A stretch of DNA of 16,131 nucleotides, from the NCBI GenBank assembly GCA_039630345.1, contig JBCNVD010000001.1, forward strand, positions 1-16,131, written 5' to 3'. Shown piece by piece: positions 1-8,200 of this stretch (its first letter is position 1; every line of letters begins with the position of its first letter). The stretch is from Aquificaceae bacterium. Lineage in GTDB: Bacteria > Aquificota > Aquificia > Aquificales > Aquificaceae. The notes under the pieces are model-generated. The model was not told the DNA's origin and ran no database searches. It was given only the letters and a program-made list of their open reading frames with translations. Both the position numbers and the translations under genes were made by a program.

Positions 1-1116
1 GCCTATGAAAAGCCCCGGGTTTTCATCTTCAAGGGCTTTTACCATATTTAAAACCTCTTCGTAATCTAAATTAAACTGCGGCAAAGCTCTTCTGTGGCGC
101 TCTATGGATTTTATATCAATAACTTTAAAGCCAATAGCGGATAGCTCTGATGTCACTATAGACTCAATTTCACTATCGGTTAAATCAAGAGCTTCTTTAT
201 CTTTTGCCCCGCCTAAATAGATGCTGTAGCTAGAATCTAAATTTAAAAACGCTCTCTTTATGCGAAAGCCCTCAGAAGAGGGAAAAAGTATTCTAAAACA
301 TCCCATCTCAGGATTTAAATTCGCTCTAACCAAAACAAAAGGCGAATAGTAGAGCTTCTCTAGCCTATCAGATGCGCTCCAGGAGAGGTCTCTTAGCATG
401 TAAGCGCACGCCCAGGCAGGAACGCAGGTAATTACGCATTTAGCTTTATGCTTTCCGTCTCTTGCTTCCAGAATAAAATCTCCTTCTTTTTTTCTAATTC
501 TTAAAACCACATTCTCAAAACTCAAAGAGAGTTCTTTTGAGAGCTCTTTGATTAAATCCCCATCTTTGAAAAATCCAAGCTCAGGGAGCTTTAAAGCATT
601 TTTTAAAACCCCTTTTATCACCCCTGTTTTATTCTTTTCAAGTTCGTAAACTCGCCTGACGGCGAATTTTAAAGAAAGACTCCTTTCATCCCCAAGGCAG
701 AACTCTGAAATCAGAGGCTCAACAAGATACTCAAGGACTTTATTATTAAATCGCCTCAATATAAAGTCCGCAACGCTCTCTATGTCACGTGCTGAAGACT
801 TTAAAAAAGGCTCTTTTAAAAAAGAGAGCATCTCTGAAGGCTTAAAAACCCCTGAGGTTAAAAGGCTAAAAAAAGATAGACTGAATTTTCTTATTTTTTT
901 ATCCCTTATGATGCATCTTGTCTGGTTTTTTAATCTCAAAAGCTCTAAAGAAAGCTCTCTTGAGAGAGTTTTAAGCTCTTGACTAATAGAAAAGACCTGA
1001 GTTTGAGATGATAAATCTTGCTCTTTTTCAAAAATTATGGGCTTTATGCCAAGTTTTTTAAGCTCATAAGATACCAAAAGCCCGCTTATGCCAGCACCTA
1101 CTAATGCAACCTGCAT
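1..1116 (-). CDS. Protoporphyrinogen/coproporphyrinogen oxidase (HemY/HemG)-family FAD oxidoreductase, divergent, 3' end outside the window
   Basis: Not in the ORF track. Manual translation from ATG at 1116 is open to base 1 (372 codons): [32 protein letters not shown] (GxGxxG...E Rossmann fold), ESVADFILRRFNNKVLEYLVEPLIS, YLGGAKD, RALPQFNLDY, ENPGLFIG, all HemY-type segments. The ATG overlaps the thiG stop (TAATG). Confidence 0.85.
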   Translation of the reverse strand, partial: MQVALVGAGISGLLVSYELKKLGIKPIIFEKEQDLSSQTQVFSISQELKTLSRELSLELLRLKNQTRCIIRDKKIRKFSLSFFSLLTSGVFKPSEMLSFLKEPFLKSSARDIESVADFILRRFNNKVLEYLVEPLISEFCLGDERSLSLKFAVRRVYELEKNKTGVIKGVLKNALKLPELGFFKDGDLIKELSKELSLSFENVVLRIRKKEGDFILEARDGKHKAKCVITCVPAWACAYMLRDLSWSASDRLEKLYYSPFVLVRANLNPEMGCFRILFPSSEGFRIKRAFLNLDSSYSIYLGGAKDKEALDLTDSEIESIVTSELSAIGFKVIDIKSIERHRRALPQFNLDYEEVLNMVKALEDENPGLFIG

Positions 1117-1895
1117 TAATTTTTATAAGGAACTCCTTTTAGAGGCGAAGAAGGAACTGCATATGTGCGCCTTGGCATCCTGCCAGCTAAATATGAAAGC
1201 CTTCCTGCAATCGTTGCATGCTTCATAGCCTTTGCCATCATAATCGGGTCTTTTGCCTCTGCAAGGGCGGTGTTTGTAAGGATTGCGTCAACGCCAAGCT
1301 CCATAACAGGCGGTATGTCCGCAGCCGAGCCAATACCAGCATCAACAATTACAGGAATGCTAACGGCTTCCCTTATAAAGATGATGTTATAAGGATTTTG
1401 AAGACCAAGACCTGAGCCTATCGGGGCAGCAAGTGGCATAACAGCAGCGCAGCCAATGTCTTCAAACTTTTTGGCATATATAGGATCGTCAAAGATATAG
1501 GGCAAAACGACAAAGCCTTCTTTTATTAAAATCTTTGCAGCCTCCAGGGTTTGCTCCATGTCAGGGAGGAGGGTCTTTTGGTCTCCAATCACTTCCAGCT
1601 TTATCCAGTTTATGCCCGTTGCCTCTCTTGCAAGCATTGCGGTATTTATCGCCTCTTTTGCGCTGTAGCATCCTGCTGTGTTTGGAAGAATCTGATAGAT
1701 TTTCGGGTCTATGTAGTCAAGGAGGTTTTCTTTATCTTTGTCGGTTATATTTACTCTCCTTACCGCAACGGTGATGATTTCAGCCCCGCTTGCTTCAAGG
1801 ACTTCTTTGTTTTGCTGAAAGCTTTTGAACTTTCCAGAGCCTATCATAAGCCTTGAGCTAAAACGCCTGCCTGCTATTTCAAGGTAGTCTTCCAT
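1116..1895 (-). CDS. thiG: Thiazole synthase
   Basis: 259 aa with [22 protein letters not shown] (Schiff-base Lys), [20 protein letters not shown] and AGRMP; directly downstream of thiS. Confidence 0.97.
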   Translation of the reverse strand: MEDYLEIAGRRFSSRLMIGSGKFKSFQQNKEVLEASGAEIITVAVRRVNITDKDKENLLDYIDPKIYQILPNTAGCYSAKEAINTAMLAREATGINWIKLEVIGDQKTLLPDMEQTLEAAKILIKEGFVVLPYIFDDPIYAKKFEDIGCAAVMPLAAPIGSGLGLQNPYNIIFIREAVSIPVIVDAGIGSAADIPPVMELGVDAILTNTALAEAKDPIMMAKAMKHATIAGRLSYLAGRMPRRTYAVPSSPLKGVPYKN

Positions 1896-1899
1896 CTCT

Positions 1900-2100
1900 C
1901 TATCCGCCTCCGACTACTTTTACAACTTCAACCTCGTCTCCGTCTTTGAGGCTAAAGCTATCGTGCTTACTCTTTGGTATTACCTCTCCGTTTACAGCAA
2001 CCGCAATACCTTCTTTTGAGAGCTCTAACTTCTCAAGAAGTCCCAGGATGGTAATTTGCTCACCAAAGAGCATATCCTTGCCGTTTACAACTATTCTCAC
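1900..2100 (-). CDS. thiS: Thiamine biosynthesis sulfur carrier protein
   Basis: 66 aa from GTG with [29 protein letters not shown] and a C-terminal GG; 4 nt upstream of thiG. Confidence 0.95.
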   Translation of the reverse strand: MRIVVNGKDMLFGEQITILGLLEKLELSKEGIAVAVNGEVIPKSKHDSFSLKDGDEVEVVKVVGGG

Positions 2101-2137
2101 TTTTTTAATTTTAAACCTTCCTGTTAGACTAGTGTAT
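2101..2137. promoter_or_regulatory. Putative divergent promoters for thiS (-) and lysS (+), both placed for leaderless transcripts
   Basis: Plus strand: extended -10 TGtTAGACT (2122-2130), 7 nt before the ATG at 2138. Minus strand: TAAAAT (2113-2108), 7 nt before the GTG at 2100. No convincing Shine-Dalgarno for lysS; only a weak AAGG about 15 nt before thiS. Confidence 0.55.
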
Positions 2138-3838
2138 ATGCAAGAAAGGGATGCAAGGCTGGAAAAGTTTAAAAAGCTAAGAGATAACCTGCCTTATAGG
2201 TTTGAAAAGACCCACTCTATAAGAGAGCTAAGGTTAAGTTGCGAAAAGGAGTTTGAGCCTTTTGAAGTTTGCGTAAGTGGCAGGTTAAAGCGCCTTTCAA
2301 AGCAGGATGGCACTACCATAGCAAGACTTGAAAGCCAGAGAGAGATAGTTGTTTATTTTGACCCTTCTCAAGAGCCTAAAGAGAGTCAGGAAGTTTCTCT
2401 CTCTGGAAGACTTGAGCGAAAAGAGGGAAAGATTTGTCTAATAGGGGCAAAGATATCAACTTGCGAGCCAAAGCCTCTGGAAGAGGTTTTAAAAGAGCTT
2501 GAGATGGACCCAGAGGGGCTTTTTGCGCGCGTAAGCGCGCGATTGATGAATATTAGAAAAATGGGAAAGGCAGTATTTGGCGACATTCAGGATTTAAGCG
2601 GTAAAATCCAGATATATCTAAGTAAAGACACCCTTGGTGAGGATGGGCTAAATAGATTTTTAGAGCTTGTGGATGTGGGCGATGTTTTGGGAATTGAGGG
2701 AGAGCTCTTTAGGACAAAGGCGGGGGAGCTAACCATTGATGTAAAGCGCTTTGAGATCCTTGCAAAGAGTTTAAATCCCATGCCTGAAAAGTGGCACGGG
2801 CTAAAGGACACCGAAGTTCGCTACAGAAAGAGGTATCTTGACCTTATTGTAAACGAAGAGGCAAGAAATGTAGTTTTAATAAAGAGCAAGGTTCTAAAAA
2901 GCATCAGAGAGTTTCTTGACTCAAACGGCTTTATCGAGGTAGAGACCCCTATCCTTCAGCCTGTGGCTTCGGGGGCAAGCGCAAGGCCTTTTAAAACCTT
3001 CCACAATGCGCTTGAGGAAGAGCTTTATCTTAGAATAGCTCCTGAATTGTATCTTAAAAAGCTCATAATTGGTGGGCTTGAGAGGGTTTATGAGCTTGGG
3101 AGAAACTTCCGGAATGAAGGCGTTGATTCAACCCACAATCCTGAGTTTTCCATGCTTGAGTTTTACGCAGCCCTTTGGGACTACAAAGACATGATGAATT
3201 TTGTTAAAGAGCTTATTTTGTATGTTTGCGAAAAAGCAACCGGGGAGAGGGTAATAAGAGGAAAAGACAGGGAAATAAGCCTTGATAGATTTAATGTCAG
3301 GTCTTACTTTGAGCTCCTTGAGGAAAAAACAGGAAAGGATATGGAATTTTTCCTAAAAGATACCTCAGAGCTGAGAGAATTTTGCAAAAAATCTGGCATT
3401 CATAATGCCTGGGAATTAACCCACGGCAAGCTAATAGACAAGGTCTTTTCGACCTTTGTTGAAGATAATTTAATTGAGCCGACTTTTGTTGTTGACTTTC
3501 CAAGGCTTATATCCCCCCTTGCCAGAAGTCACAGAGAAGACAAAAGGCTGGTAGAGAGGTTTGAGCTATATATCCTTGGTAAAGAGGTTGCAAATGCCTA
3601 CTCTGAGCTGACAGACCCTGTTGAGCAAAAAGAGCGATTTGAAGAGCAATCAAGGGATAGGTCTCTTGGCGACGAGGAGGCTATGCTTATGGACGAGGCG
3701 TTTTTAGAAGCTTTAGAATATGGGCTTATGCCAACTGCCGGCGCAGGAATCGGAATAGACAGGCTTGTTATGATATTAACAGGGCAGGAGTCTATAAGAG
3801 AGGTTATTCTCTTTCCTGCCCTTAAAAAGAGCTCATAA
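2138..3838 (+). CDS. lysS: Lysine--tRNA ligase (class II) with an extra N-terminal OB-fold-like insert
   Basis: Motifs RKMGKA, PEKWHGLKD, RYRKRYLDL, GFIEVETPIL, LYLRIAPELYLK, FRNEG, HNPEF, ERFEL, GIGIDRL and IREVILFP. Start moved from 1946 (overlaps thiS) to the in-frame ATG at 2138 (MQERDARLEK), giving 566 aa. Confidence 0.97.
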   Translation: MQERDARLEKFKKLRDNLPYRFEKTHSIRELRLSCEKEFEPFEVCVSGRLKRLSKQDGTTIARLESQREIVVYFDPSQEPKESQEVSLSGRLERKEGKICLIGAKISTCEPKPLEEVLKELEMDPEGLFARVSARLMNIRKMGKAVFGDIQDLSGKIQIYLSKDTLGEDGLNRFLELVDVGDVLGIEGELFRTKAGELTIDVKRFEILAKSLNPMPEKWHGLKDTEVRYRKRYLDLIVNEEARNVVLIKSKVLKSIREFLDSNGFIEVETPILQPVASGASARPFKTFHNALEEELYLRIAPELYLKKLIIGGLERVYELGRNFRNEGVDSTHNPEFSMLEFYAALWDYKDMMNFVKELILYVCEKATGERVIRGKDREISLDRFNVRSYFELLEEKTGKDMEFFLKDTSELREFCKKSGIHNAWELTHGKLIDKVFSTFVEDNLIEPTFVVDFPRLISPLARSHREDKRLVERFELYILGKEVANAYSELTDPVEQKERFEEQSRDRSLGDEEAMLMDEAFLEALEYGLMPTAGAGIGIDRLVMILTGQESIREVILFPALKKSS

Positions 3839-3845
3839 AAGCCCT

Positions 3846-5150
3846 TTAGTGGTTGTGTCCAAAGGCGAAGGTAAACTGAAGGATTACTTCGTTGACCGTT
3901 TTTCTCTCAAGTATGCGATTTTCTAATGCGTATAGAGCCTTGTTTTGACCTGCCTGAAGTCTGATGCGCGAAAAGTCCGTGGGGCTATATTCAACCATTG
4001 CATAGTATGCAGGGAGGTTTGAGTAAGAAGGTGATAACTTCCTGCCGGCGCGGAAAACTTCGTTTCTGTCTATTAAGTTATATTGAATCCCAGCTCTTAA
4101 GTTTTTGTTAATTGCGCCAACTAGCTGGATGTAGTAGCCCCCCTGGCGTCTCTTGATTGGGTCTGCCGTTATAGCTCCTGCACCAGTAAAGCCGTATCTG
4201 GTGCCTTTCATATCGCGATAGATGTATTCAGTTTGAAGAGATAGATATCTTTGCTGGTCAAAGCTGTATTTTGCGGTTAAATCCACCCCGTAGAGTTTTG
4301 AATCCGCGTCAAGTCCGTGGTCGCCATGCTCGTGCCTGTGTTTGCCCTGTGCGTAAGAGATTCCCGGAGAGATGGTAAAATCATTGTACTCAAAAGAACT
4401 CTTTATAAAGCCGATAAATAAACTTGGTGCGCTTTTATCTTCAACTTCAAAGCTCCTGCCAGTTGGCGAGTGAGTAATTGTAAAGCCTTTGTAGTTAAAG
4501 CTCGCTTCGTTTTCTCCCTGAAGGACCTCGGCGCCAACCTGGAGGAAGAATTTAGTCGGGGCATACCAGCTTACCTGAATACCCTTTTCTATGAGTCCCT
4601 CGTCGCCAAAGAATCCTGTGAAAATAAGCGGGGCGGTTGCAAAGTCCCACGTGTGAGGCTCTTGAGTGTTGATTTTCCCAAAAGCGCTTCTGAATTTACC
4701 CAGTTTTATCTCAAAACCTCCAGGAAGACCTTTTGCAAGAGCGTAAGCCTCCTCTACCTCTGCCTTTTCTCCATGAAATGCAAAAACAGCTGTTAGATCA
4801 AGGTTTTTATGAGGATGGAAGTAAGTACCCAGCTCCACATGGTTTAGGTTAAATCCGCGCTTTTCGTTTCTTATGCCGTGGTCAGAATGGCCTTCGTGAT
4901 GGTGTCTGTGGAAAACCCTCGGTATCTGGAGCTCTTTATATTCTTCGTCTTTTCTGTTTCTTGAAACCAAAGAGAGTTCAATAACCAGTGATATTTCTGG
5001 CATAAGAGAGGGCTTTTTCTCACCTAAGCTATGGCTGTGACCTGCGTGTGCTAGAAGTTTATTGTTATCAGGTCTTAGTTTGAGATTTTCCACTCCTTCT
5101 TTTGAAAAAGCAAAGCCAAGAAGGGCAAAAATAACGGGGAGTTTTTTCAT
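3846..5150 (-). CDS. His-rich outer-membrane beta-barrel/porin, probably metal (Zn/Ni/Co) uptake-related
   Basis: Signal peptide MKKLPVIFALLGFAFS; His clusters HAGHSH, HRHHHEGHSDH, HRHEHGDH and terminal GHNH; alternating amphipathic strands; EVEEAY, KLGKFRSAFGKIN..H.WDF and EYSPTDFSRIRLQ segments resemble a family often annotated as zinc-regulated OM receptor. SD AAGGAGG upstream. Confidence 0.7.
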   Translation of the reverse strand: MKKLPVIFALLGFAFSKEGVENLKLRPDNNKLLAHAGHSHSLGEKKPSLMPEISLVIELSLVSRNRKDEEYKELQIPRVFHRHHHEGHSDHGIRNEKRGFNLNHVELGTYFHPHKNLDLTAVFAFHGEKAEVEEAYALAKGLPGGFEIKLGKFRSAFGKINTQEPHTWDFATAPLIFTGFFGDEGLIEKGIQVSWYAPTKFFLQVGAEVLQGENEASFNYKGFTITHSPTGRSFEVEDKSAPSLFIGFIKSSFEYNDFTISPGISYAQGKHRHEHGDHGLDADSKLYGVDLTAKYSFDQQRYLSLQTEYIYRDMKGTRYGFTGAGAITADPIKRRQGGYYIQLVGAINKNLRAGIQYNLIDRNEVFRAGRKLSPSYSNLPAYYAMVEYSPTDFSRIRLQAGQNKALYALENRILERKTVNEVILQFTFAFGHNH

Positions 5151-5163
5151 TGCATGCCTCCTT

Positions 5164-5502
5164 TTAAAGCGTGATTACCTGTTCAACCCCATACTCCCCC
5201 GCTTTTTTGTAAAGGTTTGGAAAACAACCGATGGTCGCACCTTCTATCAGGTCGTTTTCTATGTTTCTTTCCATGCAACACTGGTCGCAACCCATCAAAA
5301 AGCCTATTTTTTTAGCCTCAAGAAGCCTCTGAAGGCGAGTGCCCAGAGGACTTCCCTTAAGAAGTGCATAGTTATTATCAAGAAAGAAAAACATCCCTGA
5401 AACCTCAACAGGATGCGTTCCGTTCTCCAGCTGTGGTAATATCATCCTGCCAAGGATGTAACTTGCACTATTTGGCGTGCTAAAGATATATAGGACTTTC
5501 AT
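5164..5502 (-). CDS. DsrE-related (SaoD-like) sulfur-relay protein
   Basis: 112 aa with MKVLYIFS, MILPQLE, GMFFFLDN, CDQC, IGCFPNLY and terminal QVITL, matching the SaoD/DsrE-like family as I recall it. SD GAGGAGG at 5511-5517. Confidence 0.75.
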   Translation of the reverse strand: MKVLYIFSTPNSASYILGRMILPQLENGTHPVEVSGMFFFLDNNYALLKGSPLGTRLQRLLEAKKIGFLMGCDQCCMERNIENDLIEGATIGCFPNLYKKAGEYGVEQVITL

Positions 5503-5539
5503 ATTCTAAACCTCCTCATAGAAGCTAAAAGGATATTTA

Positions 5540-5568
5540 ATCTTATCACAACTTAACACTAATTTAAA
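5540..5568 (-). promoter_or_regulatory. Putative sigma70 promoter for the DsrE-like/porin operon
   Basis: Minus strand TTTAAA (5568-5563), 17-nt spacer, TAAGAT (5545-5540) preceded by an extended TG (TGaTAAGAT). Confidence 0.45.
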
Positions 5569-7054
5569 ATCTAAATAGCCTAAACCTTGCAAGAGACTCA
5601 AGCAAGACCCTGGCATAATAGACATTAGAAACAAACGATGCAATAGTGCCAATTGTCAGGGTTGTCGCAAACCCTTTAACAGGGCCCGAGCCAAATTGAA
5701 AGAGTATAAGGGCAGCAACAAGCAATGTAGCGTGAGTGTCCAGAACCGCCCCAAAAGAGCGCCTATATCCCAGAGCTATGGCCTTTTTTATAGGGCTTCC
5801 AGAGCGGAGCTCTTCCTTTACCCTTTCAAAAATAAGGACATTTGAATCTACCGCTATACCCATGTTGAGGATAATTCCCGCAATACCCGGAAGGGTTAGA
5901 GTTCCCCCAAGCAGAGCAAGCCCTGCCCAGAGCATCAGGGCATTTAAAACTATCGAAAGCCCCGCGGTTATGCCAACTACCCTGTAGCGCAAAATAAGGA
6001 CAAGGAGCAAAAACACAAAGCCCGCTATCGCGGATTTTATACCCTGTTCTATCGCGTCTTTCCCCAAAGAAGGACCAACGACCCTCTCTTGCAAAAATTC
6101 AATCTTTGTCGGCAAAGACCCTGAGCGAAGGACGATTGCGAGCTCTTTCGCCTCGTCAGGGGTGAAATTCCCGCTTATTTGACCCCTGTCGCTTATCCTG
6201 CTTCTAATCACAGGCGCGGATATTATCCTGTCGTCTAAAACTATTGCAAGCTCTCTGCCTATGTTTTCTGAAGTGACTTTAGCAAACCTGCTTGCAGCAT
6301 CTGGATTTAGCTCAAAAGCGACAGCTGGCATACCAAACTCGTCGCTTGAGGTATAAGCAGTCTTTAAATCAGAGCCGGAGACAACAGGCGGAGACTCAAC
6401 AAGATACCATCTGTTATCTGCCGCAGAGACTAGCCTGGCGTTTGGACCCTGGAGCTTCTCAAGAGACTCTTTAGTTCCAGAGCTTATAACAATAGATAGC
6501 TCAAGAGTTGCGGTTCTGCCAAGAAGCGCCTTTGCCCTCTGGATGTCAAGAATCCCGGGGAGCTCTACAAGGACTCTATCCTCACCAACTCTTGCTATAG
6601 TAGGCTGAACCACCCCAAGCTCGTCAACTCTTCTCCTCAAAACCTCAATAGTCTGATTAAGAACGCCCCTTTTAAAAGAATCCAGCTCCTGCTCTTTCAG
6701 TTTTAACCTAACTTCTTTTTCAGAAAGAGACTCAATCTCCAGGGAGTTAAACTCTTCCCTCAGGAAACTCCTGAAAGTCTCTGGGTTAATTTGCTCTAAA
6801 AACTCTACAAAAATGACGCCCCCCTCTGGTTTTATCTCAAGCACCTTAAAACCTTTTTGGGGCAATCTCTCACCAAGGGCTCTTGTAATTCTTGAATATT
6901 CATTTTTGATTGCATATTCCATATCCGGTCTTATTAGGATTGAAGTGCCCCCCATCAGGTCAAGCCCAAGATTAACAGGTCTAAAAAATACAAAAACCGC
7001 GCAGAGCGCGACAAGAGAAAAAAAACCGCCTAGCTCTAACCAAAAGCGCCTCAT
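5564..7054 (-). CDS. secD: Protein translocase subunit SecD
   Basis: LGLDLMGG, IEVLRRRVDELGV, VELPG, LAIVLD, LRSGSLP, VGPSLG, LTLPGIAG, GIAVDSNVLIFERVKEE, GPVKGFA. Start moved from 7153 (overlaps the opposite gene) to the in-frame ATG at 7054 (MRRFWLEL, just before TM1). Confidence 0.96.
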   Translation of the reverse strand: MRRFWLELGGFFSLVALCAVFVFFRPVNLGLDLMGGTSILIRPDMEYAIKNEYSRITRALGERLPQKGFKVLEIKPEGGVIFVEFLEQINPETFRSFLREEFNSLEIESLSEKEVRLKLKEQELDSFKRGVLNQTIEVLRRRVDELGVVQPTIARVGEDRVLVELPGILDIQRAKALLGRTATLELSIVISSGTKESLEKLQGPNARLVSAADNRWYLVESPPVVSGSDLKTAYTSSDEFGMPAVAFELNPDAASRFAKVTSENIGRELAIVLDDRIISAPVIRSRISDRGQISGNFTPDEAKELAIVLRSGSLPTKIEFLQERVVGPSLGKDAIEQGIKSAIAGFVFLLLVLILRYRVVGITAGLSIVLNALMLWAGLALLGGTLTLPGIAGIILNMGIAVDSNVLIFERVKEELRSGSPIKKAIALGYRRSFGAVLDTHATLLVAALILFQFGSGPVKGFATTLTIGTIASFVSNVYYARVLLESLARFRLFRF

Positions 7055-7075
7055 TAGCTGGCTTATTATACTCTC
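7055..7075. promoter_or_regulatory. Putative bidirectional promoter with overlapping -10 elements
   Basis: The 21-bp gap contains TATTATA (7064-7070), which reads TATTAT on + (7064-7069) and perfect TATAAT on - (7070-7065). No -35 or SD is evident on either side. Confidence 0.55.
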
Positions 7076-8200
7076 ATGAAGGCTCTTATTTTTATATTCC
7101 TCTTTTCTCTGGGCTATTGTCTTGACATACAGAGTATCAATGCCCAATCGCACTCTGAGATCGACTTTATGAAGCGCATTGAAAAATTTCCCGACAGGAT
7201 ACTAGCTTCAAAACTCCTTGAGTGGATTTACTTTGACTGGCCACCCAAAGAAGACTGGCTAATAGATGGCAAAAGCATCCTGGATTTTAAAAGCGAAATA
7301 GAGTCTAACTTCAACAAAGATAACCTGGAGAGGGAAATAAAAGTATCTTATGGCTGGACGGCAAGAAGAACCAATATGAAGATGTATCCACTTGATAAAG
7401 CAATCCATTCAAGAGGCAAAAATATCGACTACAACCAGTATACCCTGCTTGAACCCTTTACGCCACTTGCAATACTGCATATCTCAAAAGACGGAAAATG
7501 GTTATATGTGCATGCTCCTTACATGAGAGGCTGGGTAAAGAAAAAAGATGTGCACCAAAGCACCAAAGAAGAGCTCTTAAAGCTAATGTCTATGCCAAAT
7601 GCAGTGGTAAAGGTAAAGCATGCAAATATAGACGGGATTGTCTTTGGACTTGGCTCTAGACTGCCGATTGTTGAGAGTCAGATAGACGGCATTAGAGTAA
7701 TGCTCCCGGATGGTAGCACAAAGAGAGTCTCTCGCGACATTGTAAGCGAAGGCTTTGAGACATTTAGCCAGGATAGAGCAAAAGAGATTCTTGAGCTAAT
7801 GCTTGGCACTGCTTACGACTGGGGCGGGAAGGAGGGCAGATGGGATTGCTCTTCTTTAGTGCAGGCGCTTTACTGGGTTTTTGGTCTGGAACTCCCGAGA
7901 AATTCCTCACAGCAGGCAAAAATCGGAAAGGTCGTGGCAACAGGCTTTAATAGCTATGAGGAGATGAAATCAACCCTTGAAAAACTGCCCCCTTTCAGGA
8001 CCCTGCTTTTTATGAAAGGTCATGTGATGATTTTTGGGGGCTTTGAAAAAGGAGAACCTGTCATCTATCACTCTGTCGGGTCTTTGAGATACGATGATGG
8101 AAGAAGCGTAAGAATAGGAGCAATAGTCAAAAACAAACTTGAGACAGAGCATCTTAAAAATATCCACAAAAGAATAGTAAGCGTTAACATTTTAGAATGA
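7076..8200 (+). CDS. Exported SH3b-domain NlpC/P60 (C40) peptidoglycan peptidase
   Basis: Hydrophobic N-terminal signal; SH3b-like segment LHISKDGKWLYVHAPYMRGWV; catalytic YDWGG...DCSSLV, GHVMI and IYHS (Cys-His-His). Confidence 0.88.
   Translation: MKALIFIFLFSLGYCLDIQSINAQSHSEIDFMKRIEKFPDRILASKLLEWIYFDWPPKEDWLIDGKSILDFKSEIESNFNKDNLEREIKVSYGWTARRTNMKMYPLDKAIHSRGKNIDYNQYTLLEPFTPLAILHISKDGKWLYVHAPYMRGWVKKKDVHQSTKEELLKLMSMPNAVVKVKHANIDGIVFGLGSRLPIVESQIDGIRVMLPDGSTKRVSRDIVSEGFETFSQDRAKEILELMLGTAYDWGGKEGRWDCSSLVQALYWVFGLELPRNSSQQAKIGKVVATGFNSYEEMKSTLEKLPPFRTLLFMKGHVMIFGGFEKGEPVIYHSVGSLRYDDGRSVRIGAIVKNKLETEHLKNIHKRIVSVNILE

Noticed and set aside
782..982. 66-aa plus-strand ORF
   Set aside because: Antisense shadow of the HemY-like CDS, which is open across 1-1116 on the minus strand.
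1946..2137. 64-codon N-terminal extension of lysS in the ORF track
   Set aside because: Overlaps thiS on the opposite strand and shows no LysS similarity; the ATG at 2138 fits both homology and promoter position.
5147..5155. Mini-ORF ATG-CAA-TGA overlapping the porin start
   Set aside because: Its ATG is 1 nt from the SD, too close for efficient initiation; the porin ATG has normal spacing.
7055..7153. 33-codon N-terminal extension of secD
   Set aside because: Overlaps the NlpC/P60 gene head to head; the ATG at 7054 directly precedes TM1.
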